Assembly (NCBI GenBank): GCA_016185945.1
Contig: JACPMR010000010.1
Coordinates: forward strand, 109,923-173,922
Length of the DNA: 64,000 nucleotides
Direction of reading: 5' to 3'
Source: Candidatus Woesearchaeota archaeon
GTDB taxonomy: Archaea; Nanobdellota; Nanobdellia; Woesearchaeales; GW2011-AR4
Both the position numbers and the translations under genes were made by a program. Under the pieces are notes generated by a model. It was not told the origin of the DNA, made no database searches, and worked only from the letters and a program-made list of their open reading frames with translations. Position 1 is the first letter of the stretch. Every line of letters begins with the position of its first letter. Below, piece by piece: positions 17,551-26,682 of the stretch.

Positions 17551-20500
17551 ATGAAGAGGGGGCTATTGGCTTTTTTGGTGCTTGTTATTGTTCTAGCTTA
17601 TTCTATGTCTGCCTATTCAAAATCCCATAAGGAGATTGAGGAATTATTCGGCAACGAAGAAGAGATTGAAATTATTGTTGTTCTGTATGATGACTATGGT
17701 GTTTTAAGCAGTTATGGCATAAGCAGTTATAATGACAAAGACAATTTTGAAATGAAAAAGCTAATGATAAACGAGCAGCAGGAAGATGTCTTAAAAGAAT
17801 TAAAGATAAAGAAGAAAGACAATGATTTTTCAATTCAATCAAATCAAGATTATGATTTTGATTTGACGAATACATACACAACAGTTAATGGCTTTGCAGG
17901 CAAACTGAAAAAATCAAGTTATCAAAAATTGAAGAATAATCCGAAGGTTAAATCCATATATAAGTCAAGGAATATAAGTTTATTGCTGAGCGATTCTGCT
18001 GGAATTATAAATGCAACAAGAGTATGGAACTTGATTTATAATGGCACGAATGTGACAGGCAAAGGCGAGTCAGTTTGCGTGATTGATACCGGGGTTGATT
18101 ACACTCATGCTGCGCTTGGCGGTTGTACATCTGCTTCTTTCCTAAGCGGTACATGTTCTAAAGTTATTGGTGGCTACGATTTTGTCAATGACGATAACAA
18201 CTCAATTGATGACAATGGGCATGGCACTCATGTAGCTGGGATTGTTGCTTCAAATGATACAACATACAAGGGCATTGCTCCTGATGCAAATATCATTTCT
18301 GTAAAGATTTTGGATTCTAGTGGAGGTGGAACAAGCGCAGACTTGATAAGCGGAATTGATTGGTGTGTAAATAACGCATCAAAGTTTAACATTAGTGTTA
18401 TTTCAATGAGCTTGGGCACACCAACTTTGTTTACTTCCTACTGCGACAATGACGACACTACATTAACAAGTTCTATAGCAAATGCAATTGCAAAAAACAT
18501 TAGCGTGATTGCGGCAACTGGCAATGCTGACAGCACAACAGGTATTGCAAATCCAGCATGCATAACTAACGTAACATCTGTCGGAGGAACAACAAAAGCA
18601 GATGCAATGGATTTTAACAGAAACAGCATAACTGATTTATTGGCGCCTGGAGTTAGTATTACCTCAACTCAAAAAGGTGGTGGTTTTATTTCACAAAGCG
18701 GCACTTCAATGTCAACTCCCCATGCAGCAGGAGCATTTGCATTATTGAGGCAGTACAGGAGACTAGAGCAGAATGTCACATTGACGCCTGCGCAGATACA
18801 AGATGCTTTGAATGATACCGGAAAGCAAATATCAGATTCTGGCAGCGGCCTAACTTTTTCAAGAATCAATGTTTTTCAAGCTTTGACATCCCTTGATACA
18901 ACCGCCCCAAACATAACAATTGTTGCGCCAACTCCGGAAAACAACTCCAACTTATCAAATCATTCTTTTGTTATCAACCTCACATCCAATGAGGTGCTTT
19001 CCACAGTTGTGCTGGAATTCAATGGCACCAATGAAACAATAAATTCAACTTCTATTCAATTAAATTGGATGGTAAATAAAACAATAAATCTGTCAAAGTT
19101 TGCAACATTTGGAGTATTTACTTACAAGATTTACGGCAATGATTCTGCAGGAAATACAAAAATAACACCGATATTCCAGATAAACATAAACAATACAGCG
19201 CCTAATATAACATCATTTTATCCGTTAGAACTTAATACAAGCATAAATGAGCCCAATAATTTGACATTTAACATATCTGTTGTTGACATAAATGGAGATG
19301 CAATAACAACAAAATGGTATCAAAATGGAACTTTGAAGTCAGCAATAAACAATTTCACATTTGCCAATAATTTTTCAGCTGCAGGATTTTATAATATTAC
19401 AGTCATAGTTTCTGATAATAGTCTTGAAACCTCTGTATCGTGGAATTTGAGTGTTAATAATACGAACAGGGTTGTAAATATTACTAGTTTCTCTCCAAAT
19501 GCAACTTTGGATGTAGCAGAACCCAATAATCAAACTTTTAACATTACATATATTGATTTAGATACTAACGATACGATAAATGTGACTTGGTACCAAAATG
19601 GCACTAATAAGTCAACAACCATAAGTTCACAATTTAGTTCTTCTTTTTCTGTATCTTCAGGTGGCGGAGGTGGTGGTGGAGGGGGCACAGCGGCTAGCTT
19701 AGAAAGGGCTTCCAACTTTACCTTTTCAGGCAACTCAACAGCAGCAGGATTTTACAATATAACCGTGATTGTTTCTGATGGTTATAATTTAACGTCACAA
19801 TCATGGAATTTAACTGTTTACAATCCGCCCCCGAATGTTGCATCAGCAGGTATAACAAATACCGATGATATGAATAGAACGAATGGGACGCTATTCGGAG
19901 AGTTGGTTGCTTCCGATCCAGACGATGACAATTCAACTGCAAGGGAAACATTATGGTACATCAACAATACATTGGCGGCAATTTACACAAACAAGACGCT
20001 TATCCATCCAATCAACACAACAAAACTAGAAAACTGGACATTTAGCGTAAGAGTTTTTGACGGGCAGAACTGGAGTGATTTTATTAACAGCTCGACAATA
20101 AGAATATCTAATGCAAAACCAACAATAAACATAACTACACTTTCAATAACAGTGCTAGAAACTCAACTTGTGAATGTCTCGTTAAATGCTTCTGATTTGG
20201 ATAATGACGCCTTAACTTTTACATCCAACAGAAGCGAGTTTTTACTGTCAAATAATTCACTATTATGGTTTACCAATTTAAACAATAGCGGAATTTATGC
20301 AATAAATGTTACAGCCAATGACAGCGTTGAAATAGACTCAGTAATTGTTAATGTGACAATAATAGATGAAAGAGATTTGGACAACGACGGCAACCCTGAC
20401 TTTAACGAAACAGATGATGATAATGATGGAATAAATGACGTAGATGATTTTCTGATTGGCAATTTATCATCAATAAATACAACCCTCTTACTTAATTTAA

Positions 20501-21507
20501 CAATAAACGGAACATCAAATCTTTCCAAATTATTTAATGGGACTTTCACAATTAACATAACAAATGGAACTCATCCAATTTTGGAATTTAATTTCACATT
20601 AAATGCTTCAAACATTCTTGACTTTGGAAATCTGACAATAAACAGAACAATAAATGGCAGCAGTGCAGTTTCAATAAGAGGATTGCGCTTGGCTAACTCA
20701 ACCAAAACTATTTTCTTGGAAAAAATAAACACAACTGCAAGGGCTGTCTGCATAAAAGATGCTGATGCTGGCTTTGATACAATCAGTTCTGCATGCAATT
20801 CTGCAAATGAAACTCTGCTGAGCTGCGTCAACCAGTCAAGCGGACAATACACTTGCCTGGATTTTGGCACAAGATATCAAATCTCTGGCTTGAACCATTC
20901 TGCTGTAAAAGAGCAGTGCACGGACAATGACGGGGATGGATTCGGCACTGGGTGTTCTGCTGGAAGTGACTGCGATGACAATGACAGAAGCAAAACAACC
21001 AACTGCGGTGGCGATGGTGGGGGTGGCGGAGGCGGGGGAGGTGGCGGAGGCGGGGGTGGCGGAGGTGGTGGAGGTGGAGCTATTTTCGTATGCAACATGG
21101 ACTGGAAATGCGGAGAGTGGATTGCATGCATAAATGGACTGCAAACAAGACAATGCGAATTTGTAAAAGTTCCTCAGCATGCTTCTGATGTGCAATGCCC
21201 AAGCCAGTCAAGCCAGCCTATAACAAGCCAGAAATGCGAAGTGCCAAAACAAATAGCTTTAGCAGCGGAAACCTGCGAGGATGGCATAAAAAATCAGGAC
21301 GAGATTGGCGTTGATTGCGGCGGAGTATGCAAGCAGTGCGTACAGCAGATGGCAACTACTGAAGCTGTCCAGAAAAAAGAGGAAACAAAAATAACCGGAT
21401 TTGCAATCAGAGATTTGGTAACAAAGCCAAATATTATGACAATTTTTGTTGTAGCTCTGATTGCACTTGGTTTTTTTGCTTGGCTTAAATTCTTAAAGCG
21501 CAGATAA
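17551..21507 (+). CDS. Surface-anchored subtilisin-like S8 protease with Ig-like repeats, poly-Gly linker and Cys-rich stalk
   Basis: Signal peptide; IDTG, HGTHVAG, SGTSMSTPH triad; many N-x-S/T sequons; C-terminal TM followed by KRR. Confidence 0.93.
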   Translation: MKRGLLAFLVLVIVLAYSMSAYSKSHKEIEELFGNEEEIEIIVVLYDDYGVLSSYGISSYNDKDNFEMKKLMINEQQEDVLKELKIKKKDNDFSIQSNQDYDFDLTNTYTTVNGFAGKLKKSSYQKLKNNPKVKSIYKSRNISLLLSDSAGIINATRVWNLIYNGTNVTGKGESVCVIDTGVDYTHAALGGCTSASFLSGTCSKVIGGYDFVNDDNNSIDDNGHGTHVAGIVASNDTTYKGIAPDANIISVKILDSSGGGTSADLISGIDWCVNNASKFNISVISMSLGTPTLFTSYCDNDDTTLTSSIANAIAKNISVIAATGNADSTTGIANPACITNVTSVGGTTKADAMDFNRNSITDLLAPGVSITSTQKGGGFISQSGTSMSTPHAAGAFALLRQYRRLEQNVTLTPAQIQDALNDTGKQISDSGSGLTFSRINVFQALTSLDTTAPNITIVAPTPENNSNLSNHSFVINLTSNEVLSTVVLEFNGTNETINSTSIQLNWMVNKTINLSKFATFGVFTYKIYGNDSAGNTKITPIFQININNTAPNITSFYPLELNTSINEPNNLTFNISVVDINGDAITTKWYQNGTLKSAINNFTFANNFSAAGFYNITVIVSDNSLETSVSWNLSVNNTNRVVNITSFSPNATLDVAEPNNQTFNITYIDLDTNDTINVTWYQNGTNKSTTISSQFSSSFSVSSGGGGGGGGGTAASLERASNFTFSGNSTAAGFYNITVIVSDGYNLTSQSWNLTVYNPPPNVASAGITNTDDMNRTNGTLFGELVASDPDDDNSTARETLWYINNTLAAIYTNKTLIHPINTTKLENWTFSVRVFDGQNWSDFINSSTIRISNAKPTINITTLSITVLETQLVNVSLNASDLDNDALTFTSNRSEFLLSNNSLLWFTNLNNSGIYAINVTANDSVEIDSVIVNVTIIDERDLDNDGNPDFNETDDDNDGINDVDDFLIGNLSSINTTLLLNLTINGTSNLSKLFNGTFTINITNGTHPILEFNFTLNASNILDFGNLTINRTINGSSAVSIRGLRLANSTKTIFLEKINTTARAVCIKDADAGFDTISSACNSANETLLSCVNQSSGQYTCLDFGTRYQISGLNHSAVKEQCTDNDGDGFGTGCSAGSDCDDNDRSKTTNCGGDGGGGGGGGGGGGGGGGGGGGGAIFVCNMDWKCGEWIACINGLQTRQCEFVKVPQHASDVQCPSQSSQPITSQKCEVPKQIALAAETCEDGIKNQDEIGVDCGGVCKQCVQQMATTEAVQKKEETKITGFAIRDLVTKPNIMTIFVVALIALGFFAWLKFLKRR

Positions 21508-21560
21508 CAACAAAGTTTAAATAATAGTTTATAAGGAGAAATGGAAAAAGAGGGTGTTAA

Positions 21561-21830
21561 ATGCAAAACAACAAGCTCAATATTTTTGAGATTGTGCTTC
21601 TAGTAGTCGGGTTAGGGGCAGCTGTGCTCGGGTTCCAGCTTATAAACCAGATTTACAAGGCGGAGAGCGGGCAGCTAAGCTGGCTGATGATTATCGCAAT
21701 CTTTAATTGGCTTACTTTGCTTGTCATGTTTATCCTTCTAAGCTTGATGGTAGATGTGTCAAAAAGAGAGCTGAGCGAGACAAGAAACCTGATTTACCTG
21801 CTGATGCAAAACCTGAATAAAAAGAAGTGA
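21561..21830 (+). CDS. Small two-TM membrane protein
   Basis: Two hydrophobic helices; SD-like GAGGGTG. Confidence 0.7.
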   Translation: MQNNKLNIFEIVLLVVGLGAAVLGFQLINQIYKAESGQLSWLMIIAIFNWLTLLVMFILLSLMVDVSKRELSETRNLIYLLMQNLNKKK

Positions 21831-22523
21831 TTATTTCATTGTTAGTGTCAATAGCTGCATCTTCTCTATATCGCTTAAATCCACTAACGGCTTAGGAAAT
21901 TTCTCATAATCATCAACTATTCTGTTGCAGGCAGTGTTAACCCAGCATTGAACGAATGGAAAGTTCTCTACCTGATTAAACTCAAGCGTGTCGCAGGCAA
22001 ATATGTAGCAGTTCTTGTCTTTTAATTGGTTTTTCAGCTCAACTGCCTTTTTGAAATTGTTTTGCCCCGGCTTCAATGAAACTATGATGCCTATTTCTGT
22101 TGCCTCGAGGAATTTCATGTATGCTGCTTTTCTTTTCCTGTTATATTTTTCCACTTCATTTCTGTCAATCTTTGACATTATTGCATTTATTGGGTCGTAG
22201 CAGAAAACATCCTTATCGACATTCAACGCAATTCCTAGTGGATGGAATATTCCGGTTCCGATATAAAAGAAAGCATCAACATTGTCCTTTACCTTTTCCG
22301 CAGCGCCTGTGTCGCAGCCAAGCAGCTGCCCTTCGTATTTTTGTTTTATTTTATCAACAAAAATTGTCTTTCCACTTTTTTCAAGGTATTTCTTTATTTC
22401 ATCAACATAATCAAGAAACTGCACAGTTGCCGCTAGTCCAATTTTCTTTGGTAATATGATTGTGTCCAAATTTGAGAGGTTTATTTTGCCTTTGTACCTC
22501 CCCTCAACCATCATTATTTTCAT
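21831..22523 (-). CDS. dph2: Diphthamide biosynthesis Dph2-like protein (short form)
   Basis: ATVQF, GQLLGCD, GTGIFHPLG, LKPGQ, VNTACNRI. Confidence 0.85.
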   Translation of the reverse strand: MKIMMVEGRYKGKINLSNLDTIILPKKIGLAATVQFLDYVDEIKKYLEKSGKTIFVDKIKQKYEGQLLGCDTGAAEKVKDNVDAFFYIGTGIFHPLGIALNVDKDVFCYDPINAIMSKIDRNEVEKYNRKRKAAYMKFLEATEIGIIVSLKPGQNNFKKAVELKNQLKDKNCYIFACDTLEFNQVENFPFVQCWVNTACNRIVDDYEKFPKPLVDLSDIEKMQLLTLTMK

Positions 22524-22650
22524 GATTATTTAAGTAGGATTGGCTGTTTTTAAAGGTTTGCGATAGTTAGTGTTTGGGCGTTTATTAAGCCGCAGTATTC
22601 AAAACAATAAAAGTACAGCCAGGGCATAAAGACAAAAAGATTTTGAAGGC

Positions 22651-23703
22651 TTATTTTTTGAATTTTTTATGTTGTTTTTTGTATAAGTAATTCAAAATTA
22701 AAGCAAATAAAATAATAACCAAAGCGATGACAAGATAATTTGACTTTCTTTTTTCCTCTGTTTTCTCTTCAAACTCCTCAAACCCTGTTGCAATCCCGAA
22801 AGCAGTAAGAAGATTTTTGCATTCTTCATCTATTCTTTTGGAAACCTTGTAGGAGATTTCCTCTTCCTTGTCAACTTTTGCGAATGCCCACAGAATCAAT
22901 GGTTCGTCATTAATGACTTCATAGCCTGCTGTTATGAACAGGATTTCATTAACGTAATTGCTGACGCATTTGGGGATTTTTTCGTAAACGCTTACATTCA
23001 GCAATGTTTTTTTCGGCTTAAGGTTAAGTTTTATCTGTGTGCTTCTGTCTGTTTCATTATAAGCTATTTCCCTTGTTATTTCAAGGTTCTCTCTGGTAAA
23101 ATTAAAATATTTGTCAAGAATTGAATTAACCTCCCTCAAAATCTCATCTTCTCCCAAAAACGGCTTTTTCAGCTTTATCACTTCCAGCATTATCTCTTTC
23201 GGTGATGCCGATTCTGCTTCTGCTATCTCTTCTTTGACTTCTGATTGCTCTTCTTGAATGAGAGATGACTGAAGATTTATTGTGCTTTCACGAATATTAT
23301 CAAGCAAAACATTATCATCAATATCGTTATTGAACGAATTAAACAAGGCAATGCCAAACTTGTTTTTTGTCAAATAGTTGTTGTTTAGGAGATTATTAGC
23401 GGAATTGTCCAGATAGATGCCTACTTCAAAATTTGAGATATTGCAATTTTGAATTCTCGCATTATCAACGTTTTTTAACAAAATCCCGTAGCCGATCCCA
23501 TTTCCAACCAAGACAGAGCTGTTGCAATCCAAAATTACACTGCTATTAGCTATTTTTATCCCATTTTCAAGATTGTAAGCCCCAAAACAAAAAATAGTAT
23601 TATCATTTATTTCCATCCCCTCAGTTGGGGTTATGCAGACAGCATTAACCATAGGCACTAGAAAAAATATCATCAATAAAATAATCGCTCCCTTCATAAT
23701 CAT
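22651..23703 (-). CDS. Secreted, membrane-anchored NosD/pectin-lyase-like beta-helix protein
   Basis: Signal peptide; GIxL..N repeats; C-terminal TM and basic tail. Confidence 0.75.
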   Translation of the reverse strand: MIMKGAIILLMIFFLVPMVNAVCITPTEGMEINDNTIFCFGAYNLENGIKIANSSVILDCNSSVLVGNGIGYGILLKNVDNARIQNCNISNFEVGIYLDNSANNLLNNNYLTKNKFGIALFNSFNNDIDDNVLLDNIRESTINLQSSLIQEEQSEVKEEIAEAESASPKEIMLEVIKLKKPFLGEDEILREVNSILDKYFNFTRENLEITREIAYNETDRSTQIKLNLKPKKTLLNVSVYEKIPKCVSNYVNEILFITAGYEVINDEPLILWAFAKVDKEEEISYKVSKRIDEECKNLLTAFGIATGFEEFEEKTEEKRKSNYLVIALVIILFALILNYLYKKQHKKFKK

Positions 23704-23833
23704 TACTTATCACATGCCGTATTTATTTATTTCTATTTCTATTAAAGAATATGGCATTAAATACCCAATAACAAAAACTCCATCAACACGAGAGCATCCT
23801 TTAGATTAAAATTTAGACATAAATAAAAATAGA

Positions 23834-23983
23834 TTCAATCAACTTAGAGCTTCCTTTGAAAGCAAGCGCGAAGAAGGAAACCTGCTGTCAATGTAGCACT
23901 ATAAATCACGACAAACAAGTGCGACCAGAACTGCGGGGCACTCATATCAATATGCAGAAATTGGGTCGCCTGTTGTTTTTAAA
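23834..23983. repeat. Family A element copy
   Basis: Aligns over its full length with the reverse complement of 52215-52364 (TTCAATCAAC, GTAGCACTATAAATC, GCnGGGC stem). Confidence 0.75.
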
Positions 23984-24064
23984 AAATTCAATTTTAATTG
24001 TTTTTAGTCACCACAATATAGTATAGACAATTATTTTTAAAGATAGGTAAACAAAGCCAGTATA

Positions 24065-25972
24065 ATGGCTGAGTTAAAGAGAGTTCTGGGTTTTTGGACT
24101 ATTCTGGCGCTTTCGATTGCCTCAATCATGGGAACTGGCTTGTTCTTCGGCGCTGCAATAGGCTCAAGCTACTCCGGCAACGCTTCAATACTGGCGTGGC
24201 TTATCCTAAGCTTTGTTGCTTTTTATATCGCAATGTATTTTGCCGAGCTTTCCTCTATGTACCCAAAGGCTGGCGGAGTTTACGAGTTCAGCAAGCATGC
24301 ATACACCAGATTTGTGTCGTTTTTGATGGGGTGGATTGCGTGGCTTGTCGGCAACCTCGCAACTGCTTTGCTTGTTGTAGCAGCTATTGACTACCTTATT
24401 CCGGATTCTTCGCAATTCTGGCTCAAGATGGGCATAAGCATATTGTTGATAATCATATTAAATTTGGTTGCTTATTTTGGAATCAAGGCAAGCGCACTAT
24501 TGCTTGCAGTTTTTGCGTTTATCTCAATCGGCGTCCTGATGGCCTTTATATTTCCGGGATTGTTTCAAATCAATGCAGCCAATTATTTTCCAATCTATGA
24601 ATTTGGATTCTCTTCTGTACTTATAACGATGTTTTTTATTGCAGAAAGTTTTTTCGGATGGGAAAGCGCCACTTATCTCGCAGAAGAAACTCAAGAGCCA
24701 GAAAAGGTTATACCCAAAGCGATTTTAATAGGCACGATAATAATAGGGGTTATAGGAATTTTAACTTTTATCGTGTCGCTTGGGGTTATTCCATGGAGGA
24801 TACTTGCTGCTTCAAACGCGCCTCTGTCCATTGTGTCTGAAAAGGTGCTTGGCAGTTTTGGCATGAGGGCAGTCAATCTTGGAATTTTTGTTGCGCTCAT
24901 CGGCTCTGCAGCAGGAGGCATAATAACAATGCCCCGCCTTATTCTTGCATTGGCGAGGGACAAACTGTTCATCACCCAGTTAAGTGAAATTCATGAAAAA
25001 TTCAAGACTCCCCATAAAGCGATTATTTTCCAGACAATTGTTTCGCTTCTTGTATTCGGAATGGCTTTTGGAAGATACAAAGCCTTGCTTAGCCTGCTAC
25101 TTCCTCTTGGCTTTATGATGTACTCATTTGTGATATTGTCAGTTCCTGTGTTAAGGAAGAAAGAACCAGATACGAAAAGGGGGTTTAAAGTGCCTTTTGT
25201 AGGTGTTGGCTCTATTGTTTTGATTGCCTTCATAATAAGCGTTGTGGCTGTTTGGCTTTTGTCAAATCCTGACGCAGCCAACACGCTCAAATTAGGATTT
25301 TCGCTTTTTTTCGTTGGAGTGCCAATATACCTTATGCTTGAGATATACTACAACCCGGATGCCATAATAAAAATAAACGACATGCTCGCTTATTTGACTT
25401 TATTGTCCGAAAGCATAATTTTGCCAAAAAGCGTCAGAAACGAGATACTTGCATTACTTGGGGATTTGAAAGGCAAAAGGGTTCTGGAGTTTGGCTGCTC
25501 CGTAGGGACATTGACAATGCATCTTGCAGAGGCAGTCAAGCCAAACGGAAGGGTTTATGCAACTGACTTGTCGAGAAGGGACTTGATGATAACAAAGAAA
25601 AGATTGAATAAGAGAAACCATAAGCATGTCATTGTAGTGCATGATGAGCACCAAGTAAACAGGGTGCATCCGTCCATTCCTCATGTTGATGCAATAGTAA
25701 GCATAGGAATGATGGGATATTTGCAGGATGTGAAAAAGGTTTTGAAAGAGATGAGGGAATTATTGCCTTATGGGAGCAAGATTGTTTTTGTTGACTATGC
25801 TGATTTCTTTAATATCATTCCAAATGTCGCATGGCTTTCCAATGACAGAGTTATTGAAAAGATGTTTCGTGATGCCGGCTTTTCTGTCTTTGTGACGAGA
25901 AAAAAGGGGTTGTTCTGGAATTATGTCTATGTTTATGGGATTAAGTTTCAAGAAAATGTGCCGTATGTTTAG
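24065..25972 (+). CDS. APC-family amino acid permease fused to a C-terminal class I methyltransferase domain
   Basis: IMGTGLF, ELSSMYPKAGGVY, GWESATYLAEE; C-terminal RVLEFGCSVG motif I. Confidence 0.88.
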   Translation: MAELKRVLGFWTILALSIASIMGTGLFFGAAIGSSYSGNASILAWLILSFVAFYIAMYFAELSSMYPKAGGVYEFSKHAYTRFVSFLMGWIAWLVGNLATALLVVAAIDYLIPDSSQFWLKMGISILLIIILNLVAYFGIKASALLLAVFAFISIGVLMAFIFPGLFQINAANYFPIYEFGFSSVLITMFFIAESFFGWESATYLAEETQEPEKVIPKAILIGTIIIGVIGILTFIVSLGVIPWRILAASNAPLSIVSEKVLGSFGMRAVNLGIFVALIGSAAGGIITMPRLILALARDKLFITQLSEIHEKFKTPHKAIIFQTIVSLLVFGMAFGRYKALLSLLLPLGFMMYSFVILSVPVLRKKEPDTKRGFKVPFVGVGSIVLIAFIISVVAVWLLSNPDAANTLKLGFSLFFVGVPIYLMLEIYYNPDAIIKINDMLAYLTLLSESIILPKSVRNEILALLGDLKGKRVLEFGCSVGTLTMHLAEAVKPNGRVYATDLSRRDLMITKKRLNKRNHKHVIVVHDEHQVNRVHPSIPHVDAIVSIGMMGYLQDVKKVLKEMRELLPYGSKIVFVDYADFFNIIPNVAWLSNDRVIEKMFRDAGFSVFVTRKKGLFWNYVYVYGIKFQENVPYV

Positions 25973-26014
25973 AAATATAAATTTTTAAATAAAATAAAAA
26001 ATTATTTCAAAAGG

Positions 26015-26270
26015 ATGTATAGATTAACAACTAGAAGCAGAAGAGCGGAGAAACAATTTTATGATTTTCTTAATTCGAGAGATGGTATACCAGAAAAATT
26101 AGAGAAGCTTAAAAGAGATCCAAGAAGGGAATTAGATGCGCATAAGCTTAGAGGAAAGTTAGAAGGAAAATGGAGCTGTAGGGGGAGACATAAGAATGGT
26201 TTATGAAATTGATGACGAAAATAAAGAAATAATAGTTGTAGCAGTCGGCTCTCATAAGATTTATCGTTGA
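26015..26270 (+). pseudogene. RelE/YafQ-like toxin, frameshifted near 26180
   Basis: First frame ..AHKLRGKLEGKWSC; another frame continues GDIRMVYEIDDENKEIIVVAVGSHKIYR* (stop 26268-26270). Confidence 0.8.
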
Positions 26271-26419
26271 GTTTTAAGCTCCCACGTTTTAACGCCTTTC
26301 TTCTTGGCCTCGTCACTTTCTTTAATGGCTTTCATCATTTCCTCATTTCTCAATATTCCTATTTCTTCAAGAAGTTCTTCATATTCCTTTCTTGTTATTT
26401 GAACCATTTCCTGTTTCAT
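26261..26419 (-). CDS. Putative antitoxin (52 aa, not in ORF track), convergent with the RelE-like gene
   Basis: MKQEMVQITRKEYEELLEEIGILRNEEMMKAIKESDEAKKKGVKTWELKTQR resembles the toxin-binding part of YefM/RelB. Confidence 0.65.
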   Translation of the reverse strand: MKQEMVQITRKEYEELLEEIGILRNEEMMKAIKESDEAKKKGVKTWELKTQR

Positions 26420-26682
26420 ATTAATACTTTAGTTATTTGCTGTTTTTAAATCTTTTGCTTTTCTTAGTGGATAAAATTTATGAGAATGTACCATATTTTT
26501 GAACGGAAAAATTTAAATAAGATTAGGCATTAACTTAACTTGGGGGTGTATGGCTATTTCGGAGTGGTTAATAGCTAGGATTGGGATTTTGACTTCTATG
26601 TTCTTCTTTTGGGAAAACTGCCATTCAATTTCATCAAAATCTATTAAAAAACAAAGATGGTTTTCTATGAATGGGGGTTAAG

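Noticed and set aside
23834-23983. Integron attC sites (AAC...GTT ends, bulged hairpins)
   Set aside because: Ends fit RYYYAAC/GTTRRRY poorly, copies flank core genes rather than single cassettes, and no integrase is in the window
26540-26600. GGAGTGGTTAA resembling a tRNA D-loop
   Set aside because: No T-arm or acceptor stem can be formed
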